DNA of 64,000 bases. It comes from Meiothermus sp. Its GTDB lineage: Bacteria; Deinococcota; Deinococci; Deinococcales; Thermaceae. Position 1 is the stretch's first letter. Each line of letters begins with the position of its first letter. The stretch covers positions 32,168 through 96,167 of the forward strand of contig JANRLD010000002.1 in assembly GCA_033762915.1 (NCBI GenBank), written 5' to 3'. Below the pieces are notes generated by a model. The model was given only the letters and a program-made list of their open reading frames with translations. It ran no database searches and had not been told where the DNA came from. This document shows, in pieces, positions 52,778 through 63,798 of this stretch. The translations under genes and the position numbers were made by a program.

Positions 52778-53488
52778 ATGTCGGCCTACTGGAACTTCAA
52801 ACTTATTTTCGATCCCCAGGAAGGCTTCCCAGCGGGGATGCTGGACAGGTTGCTGGGCCTGCTGGAGCGTATGGGCTTCTGGGCCTGGACCAAGGCCGAG
52901 GACGTACCGCCCTACGCCATCGCCCGCCCGCAGAGCGAGCAGGTGCTGGTGCTCTCGACCTTCGTGGATCACGAGTACAAGACCCTGCTGGCCACCGACC
53001 TCGAGGTCGTCGAGACCCTCCTCACCGAGCACGGCGGCAGCCTCGAGCTGCGCCCGCACGCCTCCCACTCGCCTATCGAACTGGTCGAGCTGCGCTACGC
53101 CCCCCAGAAGTACACCGTAGCCCTCAGCTTCCCCTGGCCCGAGGAGGCCGAGGAGCAGCGGGCCTGGCTGCGGCTGTTCCGCCAGGTGTGCGACCGCCTG
53201 AACCCCCTGGCGGCCTGTGCCTACAATTGGGAGGCCCTGGTACACTCCGGCCATCCCGCCGACGACCTGGTCCAGGCCGCCCACTCCGGCAAGCCCCCCC
53301 AGACCCTCCACTCCCTGACCTACCTCCGTAACGACTATCTCGTGCATGTGGGCCTCGAGCGCCTCTCCCCGGTCAGCCGCCGCCAGGACTACTGGCGGCG
53401 CGGGGTCTGCCTGTGGCTCGAGCACGACCTTGGCGAGTTCCAGACTGCCAGCCTCGAGGATGACGGGTACTACCAAAAGGGCGGCTAG
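52778..53488 (+). CDS. Hypothetical protein
   Basis: Host-like codon usage; no confidently recognised motif. Confidence 0.7.
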   Translation: MSAYWNFKLIFDPQEGFPAGMLDRLLGLLERMGFWAWTKAEDVPPYAIARPQSEQVLVLSTFVDHEYKTLLATDLEVVETLLTEHGGSLELRPHASHSPIELVELRYAPQKYTVALSFPWPEEAEEQRAWLRLFRQVCDRLNPLAACAYNWEALVHSGHPADDLVQAAHSGKPPQTLHSLTYLRNDYLVHVGLERLSPVSRRQDYWRRGVCLWLEHDLGEFQTASLEDDGYYQKGG

Positions 53489-53726
53489 CGGCGGCACTTC
53501 TCGAGTTGAATCTGCCCGTGCAGAACCATGTATTTCAGCCCCAAGGCGGTCGCCTTGCTGGGGCGCAAACCCGCTGTGGGGCAGAGGAGGGGGACAAGAC
53601 CAAGGCGGAGGGGCGGTCTTTGACCGCCTTTCGCCGCCTGTGACTGCATCTCGCAGCCCCTCCCCCGTAACGCTCAGGGGGTCAAAAGCACCGCCTCCCG
53701 CTCCGGCCCCTTTCTATACTCAGGGC

Positions 53727-54098
53727 ATGAGCGTCTTCATCTTCCCCCTCATCGTCACCGCCGCTCTGGCCCTCACCGCCCTCCTCGCCCGTATGGCCAT
53801 GAATCGCCTGCACCTGCGGCTGCTGGCCCTGGAGCTGGAAGGCCGCAGCTACGACCGGCTCAGCGAGCTCGAGCGCAACCAGCTCAACGAGACGGTCAAC
53901 TACCGCTTCTCCCACTCCTACGGTTCGCATCTGGCCACCTTCGTGTTGCTCTACGCCTACCCTACCCTGTTCATCAGCCAGAACATGTTTGGGCGCACCA
54001 CCTGGAAGACCCGCGAGGTGATCCTGTGGAGCAGCCTGTTCTACTACAGCACCCTGGTCTGCCTGGGGATGGCCCTGCAGAACCTGGTCGTGAGCTAA
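53727..54098 (+). CDS. Hypothetical small membrane protein
   Basis: ATG lies 6 nt after TATACT; three hydrophobic segments. Confidence 0.75.
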   Translation: MSVFIFPLIVTAALALTALLARMAMNRLHLRLLALELEGRSYDRLSELERNQLNETVNYRFSHSYGSHLATFVLLYAYPTLFISQNMFGRTTWKTREVILWSSLFYYSTLVCLGMALQNLVVS

Positions 54099-54210
54099 CA
54101 GCGGTTCCCATTACGCCTCTTGCGCGTCTTACGTGCGCAGCTTAAGGCCTGCTCTGCCGCCCCGAGCACTGCTGCGCGAGGACGTTTTTTTCTGGTCTCG
54201 GCCGTTTCCA

Positions 54211-54391
54211 GAGCGGTTCCCACGAACACTCGGTACGGCAGTTTTTGCCGTACTGATCTGCTTTCCCACATTACCTCCCTCGCAGCGGCAGGTAATGTCC
54301 CTACAGCGGTTTTTGCTGTAGGGAGTATGCGTGGGAATTGCTCTGAGTGCACTACTCCGCACGATGGGCGGAGTAGTGGTGAGAAACGCGA
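54211..54391. mobile_element. MITE subtype C, interrupted by a nested family A copy
   Basis: Halves rejoin to match the reverse complement of 13013..13103; flanks CCA/TCA. Confidence 0.82.
54257..54343. mobile_element. MITE family A copy nested in subtype C (TGA duplicated)
   Basis: TGA at 54254-54256 and at 54344-54346. Confidence 0.85.
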
Positions 54392-54620
54392 TCAGAACCG
54401 GCCTCAGGGGCTTCGGTCATTATCGGTGACGGGCACATGGTTTCGCGGGACGCACTCGGCCCCGCGCAGCCCTCCAAGCACTGTAGACAGCGCCCGAGCG
54501 GGGTGCTATCGTAGCTGCGTTTGGGAAAGCCACGGGGCAGCCCTACCTATTTGCTGGGGCCAATTCGCGCACCCCAATTCCCGACCGGGTGTTGTTGTGC
54601 CCGCCGCTATGAGGAGTGCT

Positions 54621-54848
<228 letters not shown>

Positions 54849-54865
54849 CCCAAAGCGCTTCCCGA

Positions 54866-54893
54866 AGGCCCCGCTGCGGGGCCTTGTCTTTTG
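54866..54893 (+). terminator. Intrinsic terminator after csp
   Basis: AAGGCCCCG-CTG-CGGGGCCTT-GTCTTTT. Confidence 0.75.
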
Positions 54894-55147
54894 GTCACCT
54901 CGGCTCGACAGGGCGAAGATAATCGAATAAAATACCGTTTGCGAATGGGGCATAACTATCCTCGTTTGTGTGTTGAACGGACAATTCTCCAAAGATACGT
55001 AATGCATCTTTATTCGGGCTATACATGGTCACAACCCGCGTGCTTTCTAACCGGCAGGCCGTAGAATTGACCAACGGAAAAGCCAAGCAGGCCATAAGCC
55101 TGAGTTCAGCCGCGCTGCCCATAGTGGGCTCGAGCAAGGAAAAACCC

Positions 55148-55663
55148 ATGTCCATCCCCTCCGCCGAGAGTATTCCCCGCCCCCAACAGCTTCACTTCAT
55201 CCCCGCCATGTCGCTGCGCGAGTCGGCCCAGTTGCTGCACCGGCTCTATCACAGCTGTCCGACCTACATCTCGCTGATCGGCGGTGAGGCGCCCTCGCTC
55301 ATCGACATCGAGCGCGAACTCGAGACCCTCCGTCACGACACCCGCCGCCAAGCCATGCTGATCCTCGAGGGCGAGCAGATGGTCGGCTTCCTCGACTACA
55401 AGGTGGCCTACCCCGACCTCCACGCCGCCACCATCAGCCTGCTTTTGGTAGACGAGAAGATTCAGGGCCGGGGTCTGGGCCGCCTGGTGGTCGAGCAGCT
55501 CGAGGCCCTCCTCAAAGGCCGCACTGAGCGCCTTTATGCCGTCGTATACGGCAACAACGAACGCGCCAAGACCTTCTGGAAGCGCTGCGGCTTTGCCCAC
55601 CTGCGCGACAGCGGGCCCAGTCTGGGCTGGTACGAGAAAGAACTGCTGACCATTGACAGCTGA
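55148..55663 (+). CDS. GNAT-family acetyltransferase
   Basis: QGRGLGR, N..A..FW.RCGF. Confidence 0.88.
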   Translation: MSIPSAESIPRPQQLHFIPAMSLRESAQLLHRLYHSCPTYISLIGGEAPSLIDIERELETLRHDTRRQAMLILEGEQMVGFLDYKVAYPDLHAATISLLLVDEKIQGRGLGRLVVEQLEALLKGRTERLYAVVYGNNERAKTFWKRCGFAHLRDSGPSLGWYEKELLTIDS

Positions 55664-55964
55664 CGCTCCGAACGCGGGAACCCCTCAGAGTGTATGCCTG
55701 GTTTAGGGGCGGAGTGCCGGCCCCAAGCGCCCGTTTAGGAATTGCATCCGTGCTTGCACCGGGGCACATGGCTTTGGTGCGTGCCGGCCTTGCAAAGACC
55801 CCAGCGTAAGCTTCGAAGGTCATCCCAACGGCAGACCGCTAAAAGCGCGAAGTTGGGGGTTGTGCTTCGCACGGGCTGTTGTCGGGACCCTTACTGCGGA
55901 TTTTGATGCTCTGCATCTTGGGGCTGAAATCTGTTCCCCACTGTGTTTTCGGGGTGCTTGATGA

Positions 55965-56073
55965 GGCAATCCATGGCGAACCGCTGCAAACGGCGGTGTG
56001 CCTCGAGCCGGACTTTCTCGCCAGGCACGCCTATACCGTATCCGCCGATTCCGTACTTCTACCCTGGCGCAAC
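55965..56073. mobile_element. Diverged MITE family B copy abutting a family A copy
   Basis: Ends ...CTACCCTGGCGCAAC-TTA; left end degenerate. Confidence 0.55.
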
Positions 56074-56076
56074 TTA

Positions 56077-56180
56077 GAGCGGTTCCCACGTATACTCCCT
56101 ACGGCGTTAAAGCGGGCGGTTTTCGCTGGTAGGGAGTACATTACCTGCCGCGGCGAGGGAGGTAAGGGTGGGAAACACGA
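56077..56180. mobile_element. MITE family A copy (TTA duplicated)
   Basis: TTA-GAGCGG...AAACACGA-TTA. Confidence 0.88.
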
Positions 56181-56367
56181 TTAGGATCACCGCAATGTCA
56201 AGGTTGCCCACCGGGCCATAAGGGTCAGCAGTGACGGGGCGAAAGGCCGGGGTAGCCACCGGTTTTCGGGCTGCCCCGCCGCTCGGGGGAGTCGCCACTG
56301 GCCTCCTCGCCCTTCATCGGACTCCAAGACCCTTGACTCCCGACCTCAGACTCTCGAGTATTAACCA

Positions 56368-56946
56368 ATGAAAATCTGCGTCTTCTGCGGTTCATCCAGC
56401 GGTGTGCGGTCGGAGTACCTCGAGGCGGCCCGGCGGCTGGGGCAGCTGCTGGCCCAGGAGCGGGTGGGGCTGGTCTACGGCGGGAGCAGGCTGGGGCTGA
56501 TGGGGGAGATGGCCAGCGCCTGCCTGAACGCGGGGGGGCAGGTGATCGGGGTGATTCCCCGCGGGCTGATGGAGCGAGAGCTGGCCCACCAGGGCCTGAC
56601 CGAGTTACACGTGGTCGAGACCATGCACCAGCGCAAGGCCATGATGGCCGACCTGGCGCACGCCTTTATCACCCTGCCGGGCGGACTGGGGACGCTGGAG
56701 GAGCTGTTCGAGATCAGGACGTGGAGCCAACTGGGCATCCACCAGAAGCCGCTGGGCCTGCTCAATGTGGAGGGCTACTACGACAAGCTGCTCGGCTTCC
56801 TGTGGCACTCGCAGGGCGAGGGCTTCACCCGCCGCGAGAACCTCTGGTCGCTGCTGGTGGATCAGGACCCCAGGGTGTTGCTTGAGCGTCTGCGGAACTA
56901 CCAGGCCCTGCCGGCCAAGCAGTGGCTCAGCAACCGCGAAACCTGA
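56368..56946 (+). CDS. LOG-family (TIGR00730) nucleotide phosphoribohydrolase
   Basis: ICVFCGSS, VYGG..GLM, PGGLGTLEE. Confidence 0.93.
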   Translation: MKICVFCGSSSGVRSEYLEAARRLGQLLAQERVGLVYGGSRLGLMGEMASACLNAGGQVIGVIPRGLMERELAHQGLTELHVVETMHQRKAMMADLAHAFITLPGGLGTLEELFEIRTWSQLGIHQKPLGLLNVEGYYDKLLGFLWHSQGEGFTRRENLWSLLVDQDPRVLLERLRNYQALPAKQWLSNRET

Positions 56947-57080
56947 ATGGCAGCATGAGCGGCCAGAAGCGTGTGGCAGCAGAAACCGACCCCGAACCTC
57001 ATCATCACCCCTCTGCCTCGCGCCGCCTTTCGTGAACCAGCCCCCACCCCGACCCGCCCACTTCCGCTACCCTTAGAGCC

Positions 57081-58577
57081 ATGCACTTGGCTTGGGCGGC
57101 GCGGCGGGCTTGGCGGATGCGGCTGATGATCGCCGCCGGGCTTGCCCTGCTGGCGATGCCCCTGGTGCTGCTGGTGCACCCGGCCTGGGTGCTGGTTGCG
57201 CTGCTGGGGCTGCTCTACCCGACGCGCCTCGAGCACGTCCGCGCCCTGGCCGACCTGGACCGGCAGTACGGGCTGGCCTACCGCAGCGCCCTCGAGGCCC
57301 CGCCCGCCCACCCCTACCGCCGCGAGATCGAGGAGGCCTCGAGGCAGAGTCTGAAAGAGGTCCGACTGCCTGGAGTGCCCTGGCTGCTGGCCGGAGTGCT
57401 GGCGGCGCTGATCGCAGGGGCTTGGTTCCTGCCTCGAGTCCAGTGGCCGCTCGCTGTTCCGCCGACCCAGACGGCCGTCAATCCGCCGCCGACCGCGCCG
57501 GAAGGCTCCGGACAGGGGCAGAGTGGGGCCCCCACCCAGACGCCGGAGCAGCCGGTTTTGCCCGAAGAGAACCCGGCTTCGCCGCAAAATCAGAACCCCT
57601 CGAGCGACTCCCAGAACCAGAGCGACTCGCCGGAGCAGAACCCACCCGACCAGACCCAGCCCCAGGGGAGTGACCGGGCCCAGCCCGACTCGAGGCCCAA
57701 CCCATCCGAGCAGGGGCAGCCGGGCCAACGCGAGGAAGACCAGTCCGGCCCGACTGATGGGCAGCCCCGCAGCCCAAGCGCAAGCGAGAATCAGGGGCAA
57801 TCCGGGGAGCCTCGAGACGGTTCGACCAGCCCGCAGACCCAGAGCGGGCGCGAAGGTCAGCCACAGCCTGGGCCCGATAACCAGGACCAAGGTCAGCGCG
57901 CTCAGGAGCAGGAGGGCACCGATCCGCAGGGGGGGCGCGGGGGGCAGGACCAAGAGCCGGCCCAGACTTCAGAGGGTCGGCCGCAGAGCGCTGACCCCCG
58001 ACAGACGCAGACGCAGGAGGGCCAGGGCGGTCAGCAGGGGCAGCCTCCAGACGGGCAGCCGCAGAACCCGCCGAACGGAAACGGCCAGCAGAGCCCGCAA
58101 AACCAGGGCCGACCGCAGCAGGGCCAGGACGGCCAAAACCCCGACCCCAGCGGTCAGCCGCAGAACTCCCAGGGGCAGAGCCCGCAGAACACCCAGACCG
58201 GGCGCGAGGGCCAGGAGCCGCAAGGCGGAGGGCAGGGCCGGCCTGATCCTAACCAGAACGGTCAGCCGCAGACCTCCCAGGGGGGCGGCGGGCGGCGGTC
58301 CGACAACGCCCAGTCCCAGCCGGGTGGTGCCCCAAACGCACAGCGGCCCGACCCCCGGCCCCAATCCCCGAACGCCCCGCGGCCCGCTGGGGAGGCCGGG
58401 CTGAGCCGGGGCGAGGGCGGGCAGGGCGGTAGGCCGCAGCAGCTGCCCAGCCCCTGGCAGTCCGGCCAGCCGCCGCAGAACGTCCAGCGCCAGGCCGAGC
58501 GCTTCCTCGAGTCCGAGCCCCTGCCCCCCGAGGTGCGCGAGGTGGTGCGGGACTACTTCGAGCTGCCACAAAGGTAG
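57081..58577 (+). CDS. Membrane protein with very long Q/P/G/S-rich disordered tail
   Basis: N-terminal TM segments, low-complexity region, C-terminal LPPEVREVVRDYF. Confidence 0.8.
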   Translation: MHLAWAARRAWRMRLMIAAGLALLAMPLVLLVHPAWVLVALLGLLYPTRLEHVRALADLDRQYGLAYRSALEAPPAHPYRREIEEASRQSLKEVRLPGVPWLLAGVLAALIAGAWFLPRVQWPLAVPPTQTAVNPPPTAPEGSGQGQSGAPTQTPEQPVLPEENPASPQNQNPSSDSQNQSDSPEQNPPDQTQPQGSDRAQPDSRPNPSEQGQPGQREEDQSGPTDGQPRSPSASENQGQSGEPRDGSTSPQTQSGREGQPQPGPDNQDQGQRAQEQEGTDPQGGRGGQDQEPAQTSEGRPQSADPRQTQTQEGQGGQQGQPPDGQPQNPPNGNGQQSPQNQGRPQQGQDGQNPDPSGQPQNSQGQSPQNTQTGREGQEPQGGGQGRPDPNQNGQPQTSQGGGGRRSDNAQSQPGGAPNAQRPDPRPQSPNAPRPAGEAGLSRGEGGQGGRPQQLPSPWQSGQPPQNVQRQAERFLESEPLPPEVREVVRDYFELPQR

Positions 58578-58614
58578 GGGCGCCGAGGCTGCTCCAGGCT
58601 GCCTGCCCCGCTGC

Positions 58615-59391
58615 CTACCTGCCGTGGATGGTGTCGAGTAGCTGCCGATGAATGTGCCCGTTGGAGGCCACCAGGTAGCGGTTGGTCAGGGCGTAGGGTT
58701 CGCCCTGGATTCCGGTCACGTCGCCGCCAGCCTCCTGGATCAGCAGCCATCCCGCCGCCACGTCCCAGGCGTTGAGTTTGACCTCCCAAAAGCCCTCGAG
58801 CCGGCCCGCCGCCACGTAGGCCAGGTCGAGCGCGGCGGCTCCGGGGCGGCGCACAGTCAGGCCTTTTTGCAGCGCCCGCTGGAAGTAGGTGAGGTTCTCG
58901 GGGTCTTTGTCCACGTTGTAGGGGAATCCGGTGGCGAGCAGGCTCCCGACCAGTTGCGTGCGGCTTGAGACTGCTATTGGCCTGCCGCCCGCGAAGGCCC
59001 CGCCGCCCCTGGTAGCGCTGAACAGCTCGCCCCGCGCGGTGTCCAGCACCACCCCCACCTGAACCTCGCCGCGCACCTCGAGGGCGATGCTCACCGCGTA
59101 GAAGGGGAAGCCGTGGGCATAATTCACTGTCCCGTCCAGCGGGTCAACGATCCACCTGAACTCCCCCTCGCCCTGCTGCCCAGCCTCCTCGCCCAGCACC
59201 ACATGGTCGGGGAAGCGACTGGCCACCATCTCCCGGATCGCCGCCTCCGACTCGTGGTCGGCCTGAGTCACCACATCGGTCGGGGTGGACTTGGTGCTCT
59301 GGCTGAACCCCCGCTCCTGGTAATACTGGTGAATGGCCTTGGCGGTATAGGCGGCTTCGATGGCGGTCTGGAGGTAGGGACTGAGGTTCAT
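58615..59391 (-). CDS. suhB: Inositol monophosphatase family protein
   Basis: VTQAD, GEE, WIVDPLDGTVNY, GAAALDL, WDVAAG. Confidence 0.93.
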   Translation of the reverse strand: MNLSPYLQTAIEAAYTAKAIHQYYQERGFSQSTKSTPTDVVTQADHESEAAIREMVASRFPDHVVLGEEAGQQGEGEFRWIVDPLDGTVNYAHGFPFYAVSIALEVRGEVQVGVVLDTARGELFSATRGGGAFAGGRPIAVSSRTQLVGSLLATGFPYNVDKDPENLTYFQRALQKGLTVRRPGAAALDLAYVAAGRLEGFWEVKLNAWDVAAGWLLIQEAGGDVTGIQGEPYALTNRYLVASNGHIHRQLLDTIHGR

Positions 59392-59404
59392 GGGCTGATT
59401 CTAA

Positions 59405-59512
59405 GTGTCTCTCCAGTTGAAATGCGACATGCCGCCCGCCAACTCCTGCGGGGAATCGCGCTAGGCACGCAACATTTGCCCCACCGATCTCGCAGATTCA
59501 CCCTGGCGCAAC
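59405..59512. mobile_element. MITE family B copy (diverged)
   Basis: GTGTCTCTCCAGTTGAAATGC...CACCCTGGCGCAAC; alignable by eye with 32536..32644. Confidence 0.72.
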
Positions 59513-59669
59513 TCTGATGAAAGATCACCCCTACCGCCCCCTCGAGTACCGCCCTGCCCGCGAGGCCGCCAAGCACGGACGGGGCTGGGCTCCGTGGCGT
59601 CATCGTGGAGGCGCACCGGCCGTGCCGAGCCTCGAGGGTCGCATCTTTAGGGGCCACCACGCGGGCCTG

Positions 59670-61643
59670 CTAAGGAGGCCCGTCCTTGCTCTCGGGGTGT
59701 TTGGCCTTATACATCTCGTGGTCGGCATGCCGATAGAGCGTGTCGGCATCGGCCCCGTCTTTGGGGTAAATGGCCAGCCCGATGGAGGCAGTAACCTCGA
59801 GAGCGCGGTTGCCAATGCGCACGCTGGTGTTCACCTCGGCGGCGATTTTCTGGGCCAGGCGCTGGGCCACCTCCACCGAGGGCAGGTCGGGGAGGATCAC
59901 CCCGAACTCGTCGCCCCCCAGCCGAGCCACGGTGTCGCCGGCCCGCACCGCCAGGGTGAGCTGGCGGGCGATGCTGCGAAGGAGTTCGTCGCCGGTGGCG
60001 TGGGAGAAGGTGTCGTTGACTTTCTTGAAGTTGTTGAGGTCGATGTAGAGTACCCCCACCAGCCGGTCCTTCTCCTCGGCCCGCTGCATGGCCTGGCGCA
60101 TCCGCTGGCCGTAGAGGGTGCGGTTGGGCAGTCGGGTCAGGGAGTCGTGGGTGGCCTGGTACTCGAGCTCCTCGATCAGGCTCTGTCGGTCCACCGCGAT
60201 GGCAGCCAGATCGGCTGCGGCGTGGATGGCCCGGCTGTCGGACTCCAGGGCGCTCGGCCCCAGCACCGTGAGCGCCCCCAGCAAGCCGCTCTTGGCTGCG
60301 ACCGGCAGGGTCAGGGCTTGGCGGTACCCGGCCCCCTGGAGGGCTCGACGCACGCTGGCGGGAAGCGTTTTGTGGCCCTCGAGGTTGCCGGTCTAGAAGG
60401 CTTTGCCCGAGGCCAGGTCCTCGGCGAACGGCCCCAGCGGACCGGTCTCGAGATAGGCCCTCACCGCCTCTGGCAGTCCGGAGCTGAAGGCGAAGCTCTT
60501 GCTGCCGCCCTTATCGATTTGGATGGCGCAGCCCACTTCGGGTAGCTGGGCGGCCAGCATCTCCACGACCGCCGCCAAGGTGTCGTCGAGCTCGGCCCCG
60601 CGGGCGATCATCTCCAGGGCCAGGTTGCGGTCTCGCTCGAGGCGCACCGAGCGCTTGTGGTCGGTCACGTCCACGATCAGCCCGCGCAGCCGCACCTCGC
60701 CCCCGGCCTCGCGGGTGGCGGTGACGCGGTCCTGGAACCAGTGCATCCGCCCGTCCTTGTCGAAGGCCCGGTACTCGATCTCGGTGGTCTCGAGGGCCAC
60801 GGCCAGGCTGCGCAGCCGCCGCGAGACCATCTCGAAGTCCACCGGATAGAGCACCCGTGGCCAGACGCTGTCCTCCCTCGGCCCCAGGAAACGTTCCACC
60901 GGGTAGCCCAGCACCCACTCCACTTGCCGGCTCACGAAGGTGAAGACCAGGGCCTCCTTCTGGAACTCGGCCTCCCAGACGATGCCGCCCAGCGAGTTGA
61001 CCAACTCCTGGTACAGGGCCCGCGACTGCCGAAGCTCCCACTCAGCCCGCTTGCGCTCGGCCAGCTCGGCCCGCAGCTGCTGGAAGAGCTGGGCGTTCTC
61101 CAGTAGGGGAGCAGCGGCGCTGCTGGCGGCCTGCACGATCTCGATCTCGTCGGCGCCGAACTCGCGGGGCTCGTAGCTGTCCAGCCCCAGCGTGCCCAGC
61201 ACCCGGTCTCCGGCCAGGATCGGCACCAGCAGCATCGAAACCACCCCGAAACGCTTTGCGGCTTCGCGCCCGCCGCCCATGCGGGGGTCATTCTGCGCGT
61301 CCAGAACGGCCAGAGGCTTGCGCTCGCGCATCACCTGGAGGCTGACCTCGTTGCCCTCGAGGGGGATCCGCCCGCCGCCGCCCTCGGACTTATTATTGCC
61401 AAACTCCGAGACGATAGTCAGGAAGCGCCCGTCTTCGTCGAGGCGGGCAAACCCCGCGTGCTGCACCCCCACTACCGCTGTCAACTCGCTGCAAATCACG
61501 TTGAGCACGGTCAGTGGGTCGAGTGGGGCACCCGAGGTGGCCACGATCTGCTTGAGCATGGTGGCCTCCTTGAGCCGCTTGTCCAACTCGCGGCGGGAAA
61601 TGGGTTTTGCGGCAGTCTTGGGCGTGCGGCGGGGTGATTTCAT
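59670..61643 (-). pseudogene. GAF-PAS-GAF-GGDEF diguanylate cyclase interrupted by an in-frame TAG at 60393-60395
   Basis: The two track ORFs are in the same frame; the stop lies inside the second GAF domain; GGDEF and RxxD are intact. Confidence 0.8.
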
Positions 61644-61832
61644 GGCACAGTTATGGTAGTGGTGCGCGTAACGCCGACCATTTTATCCCAATCGCCGCCG
61701 GACGGCTCAGGGGATTGGGTGCGCTACCTTGCCACCCTGGGCTGGCGCTCAAATAGCATCCCGGATGTGCGCGATGGTCGCGAAGCCTCGCCCACATCCC
61801 AAACCATCCCAATGCCTTCGGTTAACTGGGTT

Positions 61833-63758
61833 CTAGTCGTGGTGACAATGTGCCCCACCCTCGGTGTGGGCCGTTTTGGGTGACGGCACATCGAGGGCGG
61901 GGTTTTGGTCAAAGAAGCCCACGGGTTTTAGAGTAAAACCCACGTGCTCGACGGGCATAATCGGCCAGTCCTCGGGGCGGCAGATGTGGGTCGCGCCGAT
62001 GTTGTACCACACCACCAGGTCGGTTTCTTTGATGGGGCGGTCGGCCTGCGTCCAGACTCCCAACCCGTCGCCTCCGGGGTTCTGGTTGGGGTAGTTGCCC
62101 GCCGCGTGCCGCTGCTCGGGGTCGAAGGGGGTGACCCAGAGGTGTTTGGTGGCAAACGCGCCCCGCTTGTAAATGGACGATCTGGGGTCGGCGAGGAGGG
62201 TCGGGCTGGCGTTGCCCAGCAGCTTGTAGGCGGACGGCTCGCCCACCGCATTGCGGCGGGTGGGGCTGATGATCTTCCAGTAGCGGCCCTTGAGGTTGTC
62301 GCCCACTCGAGCCGCCTCTAGTTCGGTTCTGAAGGTCTTCACCTTGGGGCGGAAGACGTTACCGTAGCGGTCGCCCTTGCCCATCTTGGCCCGCGACATC
62401 TCCACTTCCTGCACCGAGTTGGGGCCGCCATCGAGGTTTGTGTGCAGCCTAATGTTGAAGAAGTGCTGGTGCGTGGGGCCGCCCAGCTCGGGGGTGACCA
62501 TCCCACCGTAGGCGTAGCGCTCGCCGGGGGCCAGGGCGGCGGTCTGGATGATGCCACTGAGCTTGACCTCGAGCTGGATCGTGCCATCCTGGTAGAAATA
62601 CCAGAAGAACCCGTAGTCGTAGTTGCCCACGGTGCTCCAGAAGCTCACGACCAAGCGGCGGCTGCGGCGGGTCTCGAAGGTTTCGTTGCGGAACTCGTAG
62701 TGCTTCCAGAGGGTACCGTAGTCCTCCTCGTGCATGCAGACGGCGTTGGGGATCACCGAGGGCGCACCGTGGTCGTCGGCCACCACCGCGTCGAAGTAGT
62801 GGATGTGGCCCAGGCAGTCGCAGCCCAGCTCGAGGCTATTGGCCAGCTTGCCCAGACCGTACTCGCCCGCGTCGAAGGCGTTCTTCCAAAAATGGTTTAC
62901 TCCGGGGTCGGCGTAGGGCACCACCATCTCGGTCACGCTGGCCCGATGCAGGATCGGTCGCAGCTTGCCCCCGTCGGTGTAGCCGATCTGGTGCAGCACC
63001 AGCCCCTCGCGCGGGGTGAAGCCGATTCGCAAGCTCCAGCGCTGCCACTCGACATAGTTGCCCTCGACCCTGAAGCTTGGGCCGTGTGGCTGGGTGATCT
63101 CGAGGGCCTTGAGGTCGTTGCGGAGGCCGTGTAGGAACTGGGGGAGGTAGTTGCCTTTTCGCATGGGGACAGGTGTGTCGCCCTCGTCCACTAGCTTGAA
63201 AACTTCCCCACGGTTGAGATCCACGTAGGCCACCAGTCCCTCGAGGGGGTGAGCATAGGCGTTGTCCTTGGGGTCTTGGCGGTAGTAGCTCACAGCCCGC
63301 ACCAAGCGCCGCCCCTCCTCGCCCTCGAAGCCGAAGTGCCCGGCAGAGAACGGGTCTACCTGAACATTCTCGAGGTCGGCCTCGCTCAGCCCCCGCCGCA
63401 TCGCGGCCTTGCGCCAGGCAGGGTCATTCTTCACAACCTCTACCACCGCAAAGAACTCCTCGATGATGATGGGCGGTTGCCCCGCTTCCACCCGCTTCCA
63501 GCCCGTGACCTTCTGCTTGCTCAGATTGACCAGGGCTTCGTGGGTAGCTCCGCTTTTGCGATCCAGTACCACCACCAGAGCGACCCGTTCTAATTTCTTG
63601 GACGAACCCGTGAGCTGTTTTGGAGTCGGCTCCTCTAGCGTGACGATTGGGAAACGGGCGCTCTCCCCCAGCTTTTTGCTGCGCCGCACCAGGTCGGTTG
63701 CGGCCTGCATTTCGTCGGCGCTGAGGGGGTCGAGGGGATGGGGCAGGGTTTTTGCCAT
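61833..63758 (-). CDS. tynA: Copper-containing primary amine oxidase
   Basis: HPLDPL, FDAGEYG, TVGNYDY (TPQ motif), HQH, H..RPEDWPIMP. Confidence 0.95.
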   Translation of the reverse strand: MAKTLPHPLDPLSADEMQAATDLVRRSKKLGESARFPIVTLEEPTPKQLTGSSKKLERVALVVVLDRKSGATHEALVNLSKQKVTGWKRVEAGQPPIIIEEFFAVVEVVKNDPAWRKAAMRRGLSEADLENVQVDPFSAGHFGFEGEEGRRLVRAVSYYRQDPKDNAYAHPLEGLVAYVDLNRGEVFKLVDEGDTPVPMRKGNYLPQFLHGLRNDLKALEITQPHGPSFRVEGNYVEWQRWSLRIGFTPREGLVLHQIGYTDGGKLRPILHRASVTEMVVPYADPGVNHFWKNAFDAGEYGLGKLANSLELGCDCLGHIHYFDAVVADDHGAPSVIPNAVCMHEEDYGTLWKHYEFRNETFETRRSRRLVVSFWSTVGNYDYGFFWYFYQDGTIQLEVKLSGIIQTAALAPGERYAYGGMVTPELGGPTHQHFFNIRLHTNLDGGPNSVQEVEMSRAKMGKGDRYGNVFRPKVKTFRTELEAARVGDNLKGRYWKIISPTRRNAVGEPSAYKLLGNASPTLLADPRSSIYKRGAFATKHLWVTPFDPEQRHAAGNYPNQNPGGDGLGVWTQADRPIKETDLVVWYNIGATHICRPEDWPIMPVEHVGFTLKPVGFFDQNPALDVPSPKTAHTEGGAHCHHD

Positions 63759-63798
63759 ATGCTATACGGCTCCTTTTTTTTCTTGGCTCATTAAGCCT

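Noticed and set aside
60393..60395. Pyrrolysine recoding of the in-frame TAG
   Set aside because: No pyl genes in the window, TAG is an ordinary stop in many genes here, and a nonsense mutation is simpler
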